Part shown: one piece after another, positions 1-15,975 of the stretch
How the letters are laid out: every line of letters begins with the position of its first letter
Position numbering within the stretch: position 1 is the stretch's first letter
Source of the DNA: Octopus vulgaris
Taxonomy: Eukaryota
Reading direction: 5' to 3'
DNA: 64,000 nucleotides
NCBI GenBank assembly: GCA_951406725.2
Contig: OX597823.1
Coordinates: 22,010,001-22,074,000 of the forward strand
Made by a program: the position numbers and the translations under genes
The notes under the pieces: model-generated
What the model saw: only the letters and a program-made list of their open reading frames with translations
Databases searched by the model: none
What the model was told of the DNA's origin: nothing

Positions 1-470
1 CTCGAAAGTAATGAAAATGAAATATCAGGACAGTCTATAAGGCCCTTGTCGACGGATGGCATGCAGCCTCATTCCCCATTGAAGTCGGCTGCCGTGGCTT
101 TTCTTCTAGACCAGTGCGCTATTTTCTGCAGAAAGTAGGTCTGGAACCCAGACAACTGGAAAAATACATCAAAGAAATGGGTACGGCTGCTGAAACTAGC
201 TCAAGACGGCTATGGTTACTAAGAGGCTGTAAGTGGAACCTTTCCGTAGGTGAAGACAAGCCCAGGTTAAGTGTGCAGGTTAAGGAGCGAAATGCTTGTG
301 ACCCTGAGATACCTGCTGACGATACGGAAGGATTTCCGGCATTTCAGTGGATTTGGAAGAGCTTGCAAAACCTCTGAGCAGCTCTTGCAGCTTCTGCGAG
401 GAGCAAAGCATCTCTGATGTTTAATTTACCTGAATGTTGTATCGAAACCAGGACACAGTAATTGCATTCT
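1..470 (+). mobile_element. 3' end of a HERO-like (RLE-type) non-LTR retrotransposon
   Basis: Extending ORF 114..377 upstream in frame gives GWHAASFPIEVGCRGFSS...AAETSSRRLWLLR. This matches the PxEVGCRGF / AExxSRWLW C-terminus of HERO-clade elements. The right boundary is approximate. Confidence 0.75.
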
Positions 471-479
471 TTTGCTTTA

Positions 480-555
480 TTTTTCATTCTTTTTTCATAT
501 TTTTTTAATCATTCGTTTTCTTTTATATTTTCTTTCTTCCCTCCTTCTCCTCATT

Positions 556-606
<51 letters not shown>

Positions 607-1100
607 CTCTTTCTTAATTCTCTTTTAATTCTTAATTTTTATTTTCTTTTTCTCTCTCTCCCTCTTACTCATTCACTTCGGCCTCTCCTTTTCTCCACTC
701 TCTCTCATGCACACTACGCTTTCCATTTCACCTCTCCTTCCCTCTATCTCTGCCTCCTTCTCTCCCCTCCTCCCTCCTCTCTAATGTCCTTACCACTCAA
801 AGCTGAAAATATCACAAACAAACAGAAAAAAACACTAATATTTCTTTACATTTTATCAGATTTTCTCTTGCATTAGATTAATTAATCTATTTTCCCCAGT
901 GGTTAATTATCTTCTTCTTCTTCTTCTTCTTCTTCTTCTTCTTCTTCTTCTTCTTCTTCTTCGTCATTGTTGTTGTTGTTGTTAGTGTACTCGTTTATTT
1001 CTAATTATCCCATTGATTCATAGTTTTGCATTTTGTGTTTTACTTGTTATTTTTATAATTGTTGTTGTAGTTGTTGTTGTTGTTGTTGCTGTTGTTGCGT
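480..1100. repeat. Low-complexity pyrimidine tract with (TTTC)n, (TTC)n and (GTT)n microsatellites
   Basis: Visible directly: (TTTC)n ~555-605, (TTC)n ~908-963, (GTT)n ~968-983 and ~1060-1098. Confidence 0.95.
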
Positions 1101-1402
1101 TGCCTATGGCTAGATAGAGTTTATGGTTTAACCATCTGCAACTCAAGTGCGCAACGTATTCCACGTCAATGCCTCGCCATCGACAATACTTCAATTTCTC
1201 ATGAATAGTGGTTTATCGTAGGATGTACCATGTCAGAGTGTGGACACGATGTCCTTTTACCCTCTTTCCCTCCTGTCTACTGTTTTTGCTGCTGTTGCTG
1301 TTGTTGTTGTTGCTTATTCTGGTCAGTTCTAAAGCAGCAGACCCTAAGCCAAAAACATTCCATCTGTAAAAATCTCGCCCGAGATTTTTGTTTCAGGATA
1401 TA

Positions 1403-1635
1403 TATTTCTTTACTGCCCACAAGGGGCTAAACATAGAGGGGACAAACAAGGACAGACAAAGGGATTAAGTCGATTACATCGACCCCAGTGCGTAACTAGT
1501 ACTTTATTTATCGACCAGGAAAGGATGAAAGGCAAAGTCGACCTCGGCGGAATTTGAACTCAGAACGTAACGGCAGACGAAATACGGCTACGCATTTCGC
1601 CCAGCATGCTAACGATTCTGCCAGCTCACCGCCTT
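1403..1635 (-). mobile_element. tRNA-derived SINE, family A (GGCGGCGAGCTGGCAGAA head, GCCTTTCATCC...GTCGATAAA core), full length
   Basis: A- and B-box-like motifs on the minus strand. 14-bp TSD TGTTTCAGGATATA at 1389-1402 and 1641-1654. Many copies in the window. From memory the core resembles the Nin/Deu SINE domain. Confidence 0.9.
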
Positions 1636-1988
1636 CGCGGTGTTTCAGGATATAGTGTACCAAGGACTATATTGTCCAAATAGTAACATGGAAATGTGAA
1701 TGAGATTTGGCCGCTACTTTTAGCAGTACAAATATCCACATAGTGTGTTCCTCATTGGAGATGGTAGATTTTGATAACAGCCGTAGCTGAGGTGAATAAA
1801 GTGGAATCGACTGGGCCGTGCCAATGGGAGCTTTTGACTAATAAGACGATATTGTTGGTTTTGTGTCATGATTTTCAAATGTTTGTCTCAATTGAGTGTG
1901 AGAGGTAGACAGAAAGATAATGTTTTAAGGTGTTGTGATAGTTTTCTAGCGTTGTTTTAGATCTAAACGGACATTCGGTAGTGTTGAC

Positions 1989-2427
1989 AGCGCTGGATTA
2001 ACCCATTAAGCAAAATAAGCATGTACTTAAGGCATCAAGGGAAGGAGGGGGTACCACAGAAATGAAAATGGTTTAGGGCCCAAAGAAAAATCACCTTAAA
2101 CTTGCTAAAATAATATTGGTAATGTCTTATCTCTACTCAGTATAGATGCATAAGTTTTACGTAAAATTAGTTTTAACGATATCATTGAACAGTTTGCAAT
2201 TAAAAAAGAAAAAAAACGAAGGAGAAAGCTTTTCAAATATAAATAAAATGGAAGCATGCAAAACTAAACTTTATTTCGCATCTTACTGTTTGTTTTAAAA
2301 ATTCATTTTATGGTTTATTATCATTTACATTTTGAATTACTTTTGTTTACATTTTGAACATTTACATATACTTGAGGACACCAAAATCTTTTAAGTACTT
2401 AAGGCTTCTATGGGTCTTAATCCTGGT
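1989..2427 (+). mobile_element. Decayed non-autonomous hAT-like DNA transposon
   Basis: Imperfect termini CAGCGCTGGATTAA...TTAATCCTG. The internal FNDIIEQFAIKK resembles the extreme C-terminus of hAT transposases. Confidence 0.4.
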
Positions 2428-2929
2428 TATTGAAGAAGTTTTTGCCCTCGTTGGTGGTTGTGTTATTGTAAGAATTTAGGGCATAAAAGATCTTCTACGT
2501 TCTTTTAACATGGTAGTCTAGTTAGGCGGTGGATGGGGGCAGTACTCATATAGCAAGTGTCGTTATACCAGTGAGGTCAACGTGGTTAATATTCGAACTG
2601 CCCATTTGTAGGTTCATATCATGGGAAGGAAGGGAATTCTAGAGAATAGCAGTTCTGGGATGGGATGATTAGGAAATGAGTCTAGTACGAGACAAGAAAG
2701 ACGAAAGAAAGAAGAAGTAACGAGAGGTGGCGTGACAGAGAGAGAGAGATACAAATATATCTGACGCGGCTGGATACGAGTATATTGTAATTGGCTATTT
2801 CAGAAGAGTCGACGTCATTATATTTGCGGTAGAAGAAACTGCGATGAAAAAAGCGCAGTAAAACTTCACAAGTTCGCTTTTGCTTACACTTGATTTCCTT
2901 GTCAAAATTAATTCCCAGCGTGCACTCGT

Positions 2930-2996
<67 letters not shown>

Positions 2997-3051
2997 ACAC
3001 ACATACATGCACCCTCATGTATGCATATGTATATGTTTATATATATATATA

Positions 3052-3243
3052 CTTTATTTAAAGCAGCAGAAAATTCAACAAAACATGTTACTTCTAGCAA
3101 AAACTGTCCGATGAAGGGCAACGGGAAACTCAGAGTAACAGGTTTTGTTGAATTTTCGGCTGCTTTAAATAAAGCATATTACTCTACCACTGGTATTTGA
3201 GTACTCTTTTTTCCACCTTGTTTCACATTTATGTGTTTACTCC

Positions 3244-3245
<2 letters not shown>
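3052..3245 (+). mobile_element. Penelope-like pseudo-LTR remnant with inverted duplication, inside (TA)n
   Basis: About 40-bp inverted arms (3052-3091 and 3135-3174), a hammerhead-like motif between and overlapping them, and (TA)n on both sides. Confidence 0.7.
3104..3141 (+). ncRNA. Degenerate type I hammerhead ribozyme motif (CCGAUGA core)
   Basis: ctgt-CCGATGA-agggcaacgg-GAAA-ctcagag-TA-acag. Stem I is ctgt/acag and stem III is ctc/gag; stem II is eroded. Confidence 0.6.
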
Positions 3246-3280
<35 letters not shown>

Positions 3281-3399
3281 TCCTTATTTCATCTCTTATT
3301 GAACTTTTCTTTTCTTTCTCTCTTCGACTCAAATTTCTATTACTCCCTCTCTCCTCTTTCTGAACATTTCCGTTCTCTCTTTTTCTCACCTTTTATTCT

Positions 3400-6300
3400 G
3401 CGAAAAATCAACAGATGGACACCAACAACCGCAAATTTGTACAGAGTCAGATTGAGGCAAACGAGATACAAAAGTTGCATCGAAATAGGCAGTTTGACGA
3501 GCTCCGTCTTTTTATTCATGGTTGGAGCATGAGTGAGGGTTCTCCGTCCAACGACATAATAGCGGTGGCCTTGAAGGGCTATGGTTTCCATGGCACTGAT
3601 CGTGCGAAAGAAACAAGAGCGCATACGTTTCTATGGTCTTGTCAAGCCACATATTGACTAACTAGAGAGCATAATGAAGGAAACAGAAGTGCTCAATGAC
3701 GATCCTGCATGTCTTGAAACCAATGAAGGACAAACAGACAGTATCAGAAAAGAAACTTCGAACACCACCGGCCCCAAAACAGAATTGAAGAAGAAACTGC
3801 GAACATCACTGACCCCCAAAACAACACCGACAGCAGCAATGGCTGCAATGTGAACAATCAAAGGTGGACTATGATGAAAAACAGAGGCAGACAAAAAAAC
3901 TGACACATCCATGAAAACTGATGCTCTGAAGTCCAAAGGTAACAAGAGGGGCAAGAACAAAGACAAAAACCCAAAACGCCAAAAGGAAACGCGACGAAGC
4001 AGAAGGACAGAAACTGATAGAGTCCAAGCTGTATGTAAATTTTACTTAAATGTTACCTGACGGCACGGAGAAAGGGGAGAGGGCTGCAGCTCTACCCATT
4101 CAAATCTTATTGGAACAACAACCAGGGTAACCACCTGAAACAAAACCAGCAAAAACACAGTGGGAAATCATCAAGCATGAACCTGCTGGCTAATAGTGCA
4201 TTAACAGGAAGAAACGCATCTCAAAAGAGTAGTAAAAGAGATCAGCGCATGCGTTCTGCACACTCAAAAAGCAATATACGGAGGCTGTACGAACTGCAGC
4301 TATCGAACAACAGTCCTTTTTGAACATGTCGCAGAAGATAGTGCAGCAGCTGACATGGATGTACAGGATGCAAACTCAAAGCCATGTATTTCAATATACA
4401 AGACCGCCTCAGGTGACAGGCCCAGGATGGCCACTACTAACACCTACCCATATATCGCATCCATATTCCTAATGAACATCGGAGGTTTGCTAAAACTCAG
4501 CAACAGAGGTAAAATTCTCTATCTAAAACAGCTTGCTCCATGCAATCAAGCAATATGCATGGTACTCACTGAAATACATCTAAGGTAACAAATGCGGCAG
4601 TACACATACCAGGGTATGCTATATTTCGTGCAGACAGAAGAGGAAGAAGCCACGGCGGAGCTGCTATGTACATCCGTGAAGATGTCACGGCTCTTGTATT
4701 ACTGTCATATTCACATTCAAACTCAGTTTGTGACACCTTAATAATGCATATAAAGCAAGTTGATGAAGCTGTATGCACAATATATCGCCCGCCGAATACC
4801 ACAAAATATGATGGCAAATTTGAGGATAACCTCAAACACATCGAAGAGGTATTAACAAACCTAGATCAGAACATCAACATATTCTTCCTGGGTGACTTCA
4901 ACTTCCCACATGTTTAATGGCCAGAAGGCCACATCCTCTCTGGGATGTCACTGCTCGCATGTAGAGTCATTACTTCATTACTCGAACTTTCTAATATGCT
5001 GTTCACGGAGCAAATGATACTCAGGCCAACCAGGGGAAACAACATATTGGACCTGTAATGTGGACCTTATCCATAATGTGAAGGTGATACCAACAGCACT
5101 CCCAGATCACAACATTGTCGAACTAACTATGTATGATCTTAAGCAAACTGCTGGTATCTGCCCTATCAGGAAGACTCAAGCCTTATCCAACCTGGATTTC
5201 AATAAAGCAGAATAGAAATCAATCTGAAAAGAGATCTATAAACGAAACTGGTCCAACATTCTATGTATGCAAGACATTGACTTGAAACTCAGGCAGTTTG
5301 TGTCAACAGTGCAAGCTATATGCACTAAATATACCCCTGGAAGGCCAGCATACTGATAAACAAGATTCTCAGGGACAGAATAATCCTTATGAGACGCACT
5401 CGGACAGCCACTGTCACTAGCTATGCAGATGATACAAAATTATCACAGGCAATAAAAAATCAAGATGACTTCGCAAGCTCGGGACCTGAATTCGATATAC
5501 AAGTGGGCTGAAACAAACAAAATGCAGTTTAATGCTGGAAAATTTCAAGCACTGCGCTCTCAACTCACGAATGCACTACAGCCTGCATATACAGGACCCG
5601 AAGTTACTACTATACCAGAGTCACAAACAGTGAAAGACTTGGGAATCAGTATGTATAATTACGCATCATTTTATATGCACATTAACAAGATAGCAGCAAA
5701 GTGCCGACAACCGACAGGATGGATACTGAGGTCCTTCAAGACAAGAGACTAAGAAACTATGTTGACCCTGTGGAGAACCTTTGTTCTCAGCCATCTAGAT
5801 TACTGCGTCCAGTTATGGTCCCCACATAGTGCCAAACTAACAGCAGAGCTTGAAGCAGATCAACTCCACTGCACTAAAATATTGAAACAGTGCAGCAGAT
5901 GAGCTACAGGCATAGGCTGAGAAAACGCATCTTTACTCCCTAGAGCGAAGGCACGACAGATATGTAATAATCTACACATGGAAAACTCTAGAAGGGTTAG
6001 TACCTAATTTCGACATTGTGTATTATACAAATGCCAGAACTGTCCGCCATTGTATTGTACCAAAGGTACCATCCACTCCTCTTAAATTCAGGACCGGGTA
6101 CTTCAATAGTCTGGGGTTCAAAGGCCCACAGCTCTTCAGTGCCCTACCACACAAATTAAGGAATCTGGATAAGATGAAAGTAGATGTCTTCAAAAAGGAA
6201 CTAGACATCCTCCTCTCCACAATAGGGGATGAACAAACAGCCCGACATGAGGTGTAGACGAGGGCAGAAGAATCAAGCACCCTTATACACCAAATGGGCC

Positions 6301-6426
6301 AAGAGCTGGGACAAAGGCACACACAGGAGTGGTTATGTGAAATATCCCAGATTGAGGAAATCAGAAAGTCCACGGTGGTGCTCCAGCATGACCGCAGCTG
6401 CATGGCCGTAACGAGTAAAAGAGTAA
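3400..6426 (+). mobile_element. CR1-like LINE, decayed and internally deleted (ORF1 remnant, APE, RT C-terminus, 3' tail)
   Basis: CCCH-like motif near 4030-4100. APE motifs: RADRRGRSHGG, IYRPP, GDFNFP, PTRGNNILDL, DHN. RT motifs: YADDTK, DLNSIYKWAETNKMQFN, KDLG, LDYC..LWSP, SLERR, FKKELD. Many stops and frameshifts. Confidence 0.9.
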
Positions 6427-6464
6427 TATGCATACATGTGTGTGTATACATTGGATATGTCACT

Positions 6465-6660
6465 TCCATCTTTTACTTGTTTCAGTCACTGGGCCACGAG
6501 CATCCTGGAGTATTGCCTTAAAGGGTTTAGTTGGAAAATCGGACCCAGTACTTATTTTATCGGTCTTTTTTTATTGAACCGCTAGTTTACAGGAACGTAA
6601 ACTAATCAACACCAGTTGTTAAGCGGTCGTTAAGGCAAAAACAAAGACACACTCACAAAC
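6465..6660 (-). mobile_element. Partial, old copy of SINE family B (3' part)
   Basis: ttttacttgtttcagtca... tail and gaaccgctagtttac body match the full copy at 29768-30188. Confidence 0.7.
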
Positions 6661-7090
6661 ATACACACATACATACTTACACACACATACATAAATGCAT
6701 GCATACATACATACACACATACATACTTTCATACATACACATATACATACATACATACATTCATACATAATCCATACATACTTCCATACATACATACACA
6801 CACATACGTACGCATACATACATAAACGCATACATACATAATATATACAGACATTCATACATACACACACAATCATACACACACGCACATATACACACAT
6901 GCATACATAATACATACATTCATACATACATGCACAATCAAACACACATACACTCATTCACACATACATACAGCCATACATACACACGCATACATTCATT
7001 CATACATACACTCATACATAAATATATATTCATACATACATACATTCATACATACATTCATACATAAATACATGCACATACATACATACA
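6655..7090. repeat. Degenerate (TACA)n/(CA)n microsatellite
   Basis: Visible directly. Confidence 0.95.
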
Positions 7091-7985
7091 GATTACAAGT
7101 TCAGGTTTATACCTGTAATTATTGGAGCCCTGGGATACGTAATACACTGCCTAAATACCAATCTTGAGAAATTATGCTTCTCAAAAGTAGAAAGGAGGAA
7201 GCTGATTCAAAGACTACAGATCCAAGCCATCACTGGAACAGTCAAAATCTGTAAAACTTTCCAGAAGTTTATCATTTAAGTATATATGAGCATGTCTAAA
7301 TATGTAAGTATATGCATGAGAATATATACATAAAGCAAAAACATACAAATCTACACACATACATACATGCAAAAATACCTTGTTTATCTTGTCGAAATCC
7401 CAATGAAGGAGCCTTGGATCTAAGTCAGAAACGGCTCTTTCTCTATTGATAAGAAATCTTTATATATAAAACTGAAGTTGTGTGTGTGGGAGTCTGTATC
7501 CTCCGATTTAGATTCCTAACTACTCCCACATTTTGCGGTGCAGTTTAACCAAAAGCGGGTATCTTATAGTCGTGATTCATATCGAACCCTTCTGGGTATT
7601 AGCACGCGTCTACGATGAGTCTATGATGGATGAGTCTACGATGATAAAAAATTTACCATAATTTTTTCGCATTTTTAATGCATTTTTTGCTCGGTTTATA
7701 TAAGGGAAGTAACTCTCTAAAAATGCTTATATAGTTATTTCCCTTATGTGTTTTGAGCCTTTTTCGAATAGCAGATTTCATAAGTTCTGCTGTTTTCTTC
7801 AAATTTATAAAAATATGCGTTGCTGCGGACAATATCTTTGTTTTGATTTTTCCAAAAGTATGGATAAAATGGAATGCAATTTCATCAAAATTAACGCTTA
7901 AACAAGTTATTCATCAAATTTCTATCCATCCGAGCAAAGCCGGGTCAATCTGCTAGTCTTGAAATAAAACTGAATAATAACATAC
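7088..7985 (+). mobile_element. 3' end of an R4/Dong-like RLE non-LTR retrotransposon, interrupted by a Helitron
   Basis: DYKFRFIPVIIGALGYVIHCLNTNLEKL...GTVKICKTFQKFII* followed by a 3' UTR. Flanked by (TACA)n. Near-identical to 50820-51470 on the minus strand. Confidence 0.75.
7457..7956 (+). mobile_element. Non-autonomous Helitron
   Basis: 5' TC, 3' CTAG and a subterminal hairpin (ccgagcaaagccggg). Inserted between A and T with no TSD; the empty site aagaaa|tcttgaaat is seen in the sister R4-like copy near 50850. Confidence 0.85.
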
Positions 7986-8056
7986 TTACATACATATATT
8001 AAGCACGTGCTTTTCTTGGACTATTTTCCCTTCTCTCTGAACCTTTGTTGTTTATT

Positions 8057-8092
8057 CTTTCTGACGAAGAGTCATGCTCGGAATGTAACAGG
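8057..8092 (+). ncRNA. Degenerate minimal hammerhead motif in a Penelope-type pLTR remnant
   Basis: CTGACGA-a-gag tcatg ctc-GGAA-tgTA, with GAAA mutated to GGAA. The surrounding sequence is homologous to the 44380-44580 island. Confidence 0.5.
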
Positions 8093-8186
8093 CCCCACTC
8101 TTTTTTTCTTAAACTGAGTGTTAACCTTATACATTCAATGTATATTCTTTTGACTTTTGCTGCTTTTATTTTATTTTCTATTTGCC

Positions 8187-8187
<1 letters not shown>

Positions 8188-8274
<87 letters not shown>
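8188..8274. repeat. (TCTA)n microsatellite
   Basis: Visible directly. Confidence 0.97.
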
Positions 8275-8305
8275 ATCAAAATAAGTAACAGGATATCACG
8301 TAATG

Positions 8306-8393
8306 ATGCAGTACGACCGTTTCAAGCACCTCCATTTAATTGAACACCGCAATCATTACATCAATTTAAATGCAGTGACAGCTTCAGCTGCAC
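8306..8393 (-). ncRNA. Type I hammerhead motif with long stem II (A9 mutated to C)
   Basis: Reverse complement: gtgcag-CTGAAGC-[long hairpin catttaaattga/ttcaattaaatg]-GAAA-cggtcg-TA-ctgcat. Confidence 0.65.
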
Positions 8394-8507
8394 AAATAAA
8401 TAAATATAATTTTGACCAGTAGGATACAGTAATATGATTTTTCTCAAATATTTTAATAGACCAAAAATATGGAAGAAATTGTAGCTAAGAATAGACTACA
8501 CACACAC

Positions 8508-8583
<76 letters not shown>

Positions 8584-8751
8584 TTTGGAATACTTTGGAG
8601 TTGTTTTGTTGATGCGGAGCCTTTTATATTTGTTCTTATAGCTATATCTTTTAATCTTTTAATTTGCATTACTTTTCCATTGTGATACAAATAAAATGAA
8701 CCAAGCATCTTTTATAAATTTTGTCTTCTCCATTTTCTTTTATTGACTTTA

Positions 8752-8815
<64 letters not shown>

Positions 8816-8818
<3 letters not shown>

Positions 8819-9164
8819 TTATATATAAAAGTCAAGTTGTGTGTCTGTCTCCTACGATTTAGATTCCTAACTACTCACACATTTTGCGGTGCAGTTTAAC
8901 CAAAACCGGGTATCTTATAGTCGTGATTCATATCGAGCCCTTCTGGGTATTAGCGCGCGTCTATGATGAGTCTAGGATTTAAAAAAAATTTACCATAATT
9001 TTTTCCATTTTAATGCATTTTCCCCCTATTATATAAGGGAAGTAACTCTCTAAAAATGTCTACGATGAGTCAACGATATTTTTGCTATTTTTTGGCTATA
9101 ACTCTAAAACTGCTTATATAGTTATTTCCCTTACAAACCCGAGCAACGCCGGGCGATACAGCTA

Positions 9165-9165
<1 letters not shown>
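8816..9165 (+). mobile_element. Non-autonomous Helitron (same family as 7457-7956)
   Basis: TC...cccgagcaacgccggg...CTAG, inserted at A|T within (TA)n. Confidence 0.85.
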
Positions 9166-12097
<2,932 letters not shown>

Positions 12098-12186
12098 GCA
12101 CACCCATACACACACGCGCACACCCACTTGGCATTTGTTCATTTGCTCAGTAGCTCATTTGTTTCTATATACTTATATGTATTCAC

Positions 12187-12486
12187 GTGGGAGTGCAATG
12201 ACCCAGTGGTTAGGGCAGCGGACTCGCGGTTGTAGGATCGTGGATTCGATTCCCAGACCGGGCGTTGTGAGTGTTTATTGAGCGAAATCATCTAAAACTC
12301 CACGAGGCTCCGGCAGGGGGTGGTGGCAATCACCACAACTTTCGCCACAACTTTCTCTCATTCTTTCTTCTGTAGGCCTGCTCGCTTAGCCAGCGGGGTG
12401 GCGTCATTTGATGGCTAAAACAATGCGAAGCGCATTGTGACCAGCGATGTGTAGCAACATCTGATAGCCTGGTCGGTTACGTGATA
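12187..12486 (+). mobile_element. tRNA-derived SINE, family C head with tail type 1
   Basis: A box (tgacccagtggttagg) and B box (ggattcgattccc). The head and body are shared with 47766-48134, 55218-55378 and 59089-59458. Confidence 0.85.
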
Positions 12487-12829
12487 TGTATTCACACCCT
12501 TGTCCATGCAGTTACCAGCTTGTTCCACTCGCTATGTATCTGTATGTATGTCATACCTGTGTATGTGTATGTTTATCCTATTATGTATGTATGTATGAAT
12601 GTATGTAATAGACATATTTGTATGTATGTTTACTGTATGATATCTATCGATTTTATATGTATGTTCCGTATGTTTATGTATTTGCCGTATGTATGTATGT
12701 ATGTATGTATGTATGTATGTATGTATGTATGTATGTATGTATGTATGTATGTATGTATGTATGGACGGATGGACGGACGGACGGACGGACGGATGCATGC
12801 ATGCATGCATGCATGTACGTACTAAAATG

Positions 12830-14290
12830 CTTAATCAGAAAGATGTAGAACACTTCGTGGATAGGTCTCGCTTATGATTTTCAAGTTGCCGCTGATGCAA
12901 ATGGACTCTAAGAAAAGCTCTACCATCTTATGAAGCAAGTTAATGGGTCTAAGAGTTCGGCATCAGCTCTTTTGATTTCTAAGGAGGCTTCTACCCTACT
13001 TACTAAATCAACAGAAATCACAGGTCGCTGAGTTGAAGCTTTTTGTGAACTTTTAAACCATGGAGCAGCTGTAGGTGATACAATAATTGACGCTTTTCAA
13101 CGAAGATCTGCAATCAGTTTCTTGAATTCTGCACCATCAATAGACGAAATAATAACAGCAATAAATAAGTTGAATCTTAGTAAAGTATCTAGCAAAGATG
13201 GAATTTGCTCTGACGTCTTGTGCTTTGGCGGTGGTTGTATCACACAAAATCTGTACGAGATTATTAATGCAATCAGGTGGAATGGTGCTGTGCCCAAGGA
13301 TTTGAAGAATGCAATTATCCCTCCTCTCTATAAAAGATAGGGAGTTTGAATAAAGTGTGGCGGGTATAGAAGTATTGCTTGCAAGGTTCTGGTAAGTATT
13401 CTTTTTACCTACCTGAATAAATGCTTTGTAATTGACGTCCTATCTGAAACTCAATATGGCTTTCGTTTTTGGTAAATAAACAATGGATATGATTTTTGCA
13501 GCAAGACACGCAGAACTGTTGTTAGTAGAATATGGATCTTGTTCAGATTTTTATGATTTCAAGCGATACCTTCAACACTGTGAGCAGGTCTTCCCCGTGG
13601 AGTGTATTCGGCAAACTTTGTTTTCGGGTCACTTTGTATCGATAACCAAATCATTTCATGATGGGATATGGGTGACGGTCAATGTCGACGACAACATGAC
13701 GAGACCCACTCTTGTAGAGAGAATGGTGTAGCGCGAGGTGACGTTGTTGCCCCGACTCTCTTATCTTTGCATTTTGCTGTTAGTCTTACATATGCTTTTG
13801 TTTTAGGTTACTCTTAAAGAATATATATGAGGTACCCATCTTCTAGTCGTCTCTTCAAGTTGCGCCGAATTGCTGTCATTTCAGAAGTCTTCAGTCTCTT
13901 ATTCGTGACCTCGACGCAGATGATTGCCACTTAGTTGCTCACGCATTTGAAGATATACCAATTCTCATGGATCTGCAGCTTGCAAAGCATTTGGATTCAG
14001 CATTAGCCTAGACAAGTTTGTTGTAATGTTCCAGTCTGTGCCAGGAACAGTGCCGAAAGTGGTAAACAAATTTGTCTCCCTGGGTAGCAAACTTATCAGC
14101 TTTTACTCCCTGGATGATGAAATATCTTTAAGACTTTTGAAGCTTTTGAGTCACATGACTGGCCCCAGTAAAATATCACAAGGCGAACAAAAGTTTCTGT
14201 GTACCGTGCATGCGTGCAAATGTTGCTCCTTTATTCATGTGAGACATGGACCCTTTACAGGTGGCTCCTTGAACGTTTCCATCAGTTGTG
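12830..14290 (+). mobile_element. Decayed RTE-clade LINE reverse transcriptase region
   Basis: PSIDEIITAINKL..SK..KDGI, VPKDLKNAIIPPLYK, ETQYGFR, DMIFAAR, SFHDG, GDVVAPTL, ADDC, FGxSISLDK, LDDEI, LYSCETWT, in broken frames. Confidence 0.85.
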
Positions 14291-15042
14291 ATGATCTCAG
14301 GCCCGGTTGTTGCTTACCCTAATCCAGCCCGCTTCAAGCAGATTCATAATCAAAAGCATTCCAGCTCTGACCGTCTTATCTCTATTCTCTCTTTTTATCA
14401 GTGAGTACTAGAACCATTCATCTAATGCTTTTTTAAAAATCAGTGTGGCGCGAATTAAGGCAATTTTAGCTGCAATTTTAGCTGCAATTTTAACAGGTCG
14501 TGTGACACTGTGGATGCCATCATCGTTGTTCATCACCATCTCGAAGGAAGTCATCAGGCAATTTTGTCGGATGAAACAATGCTTCTGTGCAAACAATTTC
14601 AACCACGAAAAATTTTTATATCTTCCCTTTCATTGCTTTTCACCATAGAAAATGTAATCCGAACATTTTAAAGAATATGCATTTTGGCTAAAGTGTTTTA
14701 ACAACATGACATCCGGAGTATTTTTTAAAATATATTCTTTAGTAATAAGAGAAGTAACTTTTCAGACTGCCCTTTATCGTGGGCGAGGATAATGTGGTTA
14801 GGTTAATGGGTTTGAGAGGAAACAACGCCGGCGAAAGAGTTCTTTTGGTTAGTAACACCATCTATGCAAGTCATTTCGTTACATATGTGAGACCTTTCAA
14901 TCTATCGGTGTTTTTTTCCTTCTGTATGTCAGCTCTTCGTTTTAATCGATTATTCTCTTTCTTTCGCCCCATTTCGCTTTCTTATATTCTGGTTTTTCTT
15001 CTCTATCGTTCTGTCCATCTGACCGTCCGTCCACGCAAACAA

Positions 15043-15086
<44 letters not shown>

Positions 15087-15281
15087 ATCAGTGCGTGTCA
15101 GTTGGAAAAAAGGTTGCTAGTTAATTCCTTGGTCTCAGTCTGCTGTTGCGTCATACAAGCGGCTGCCTGTAGCAACTTAATTTATTGAAACGTTTTTAAG
15201 TGGTCGGAGTTGTGAGCTAATAATAACTGACTTGAACTGATTCAAATGTCTCGAAATAGCTTCTTGCTTGATATACACACG

Positions 15282-15282
<1 letters not shown>

Positions 15283-15357
<75 letters not shown>

Positions 15358-15975
15358 ACACGCACGCACACACACACACACACACATACACACACACGCA
15401 CACTCATACACACACGCCTGCACGCCCGCACACATACACACACACGCACACACGCACACACACATACACACACGCATGCACGCACGCACGCATACATACA
15501 CACACACGCACACACGCACACATGCACACAGACACGCACACACACACATACACATACATATACATATACACACACACGCACACACGCAAAGACGCACACA
15601 CACATACACGCACACCCAAGCACACACACACATATGCACAGACACGCACAATGCACACATGCAAACATACACTCACACACGCACACATGCACACACACAT
15701 AAGCACACAGACACGCACACATGCACACGTGCACACACACACGTGCACACACACACACACACACAAACACATACACACACAAACTCATGAAAAATTTTCG
15801 GCGACTTTGTTAGCCTTGTTGCGCTCCATGTTTATGATAATGATGATGGTCGATGATGGTGGTAATCTTGGTAATGATAATGATGATGATGACTATGACG
15901 ATGATGGTGATAATGAAGATGATGATGATAACGATGATGGTGGTTATGTTGATGATGACGATGATGATGATTAGA
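15283..15975. repeat. Degenerate (CA)n tract followed by a (GAT)n-rich tract
   Basis: Visible directly; explains ORF 15246..15974. Confidence 0.95.

Noticed and set aside
7398-7445. Ribozyme-like hairpin in the R4/Dong 3' UTR
   Set aside because: There is no CUGANGA core in either copy.
12187-12265. tRNA-like sequences at SINE heads (also 29768, 54957, 59089)
   Set aside because: They continue into SINE bodies, and some copies have TSDs, so they are not tRNA genes.
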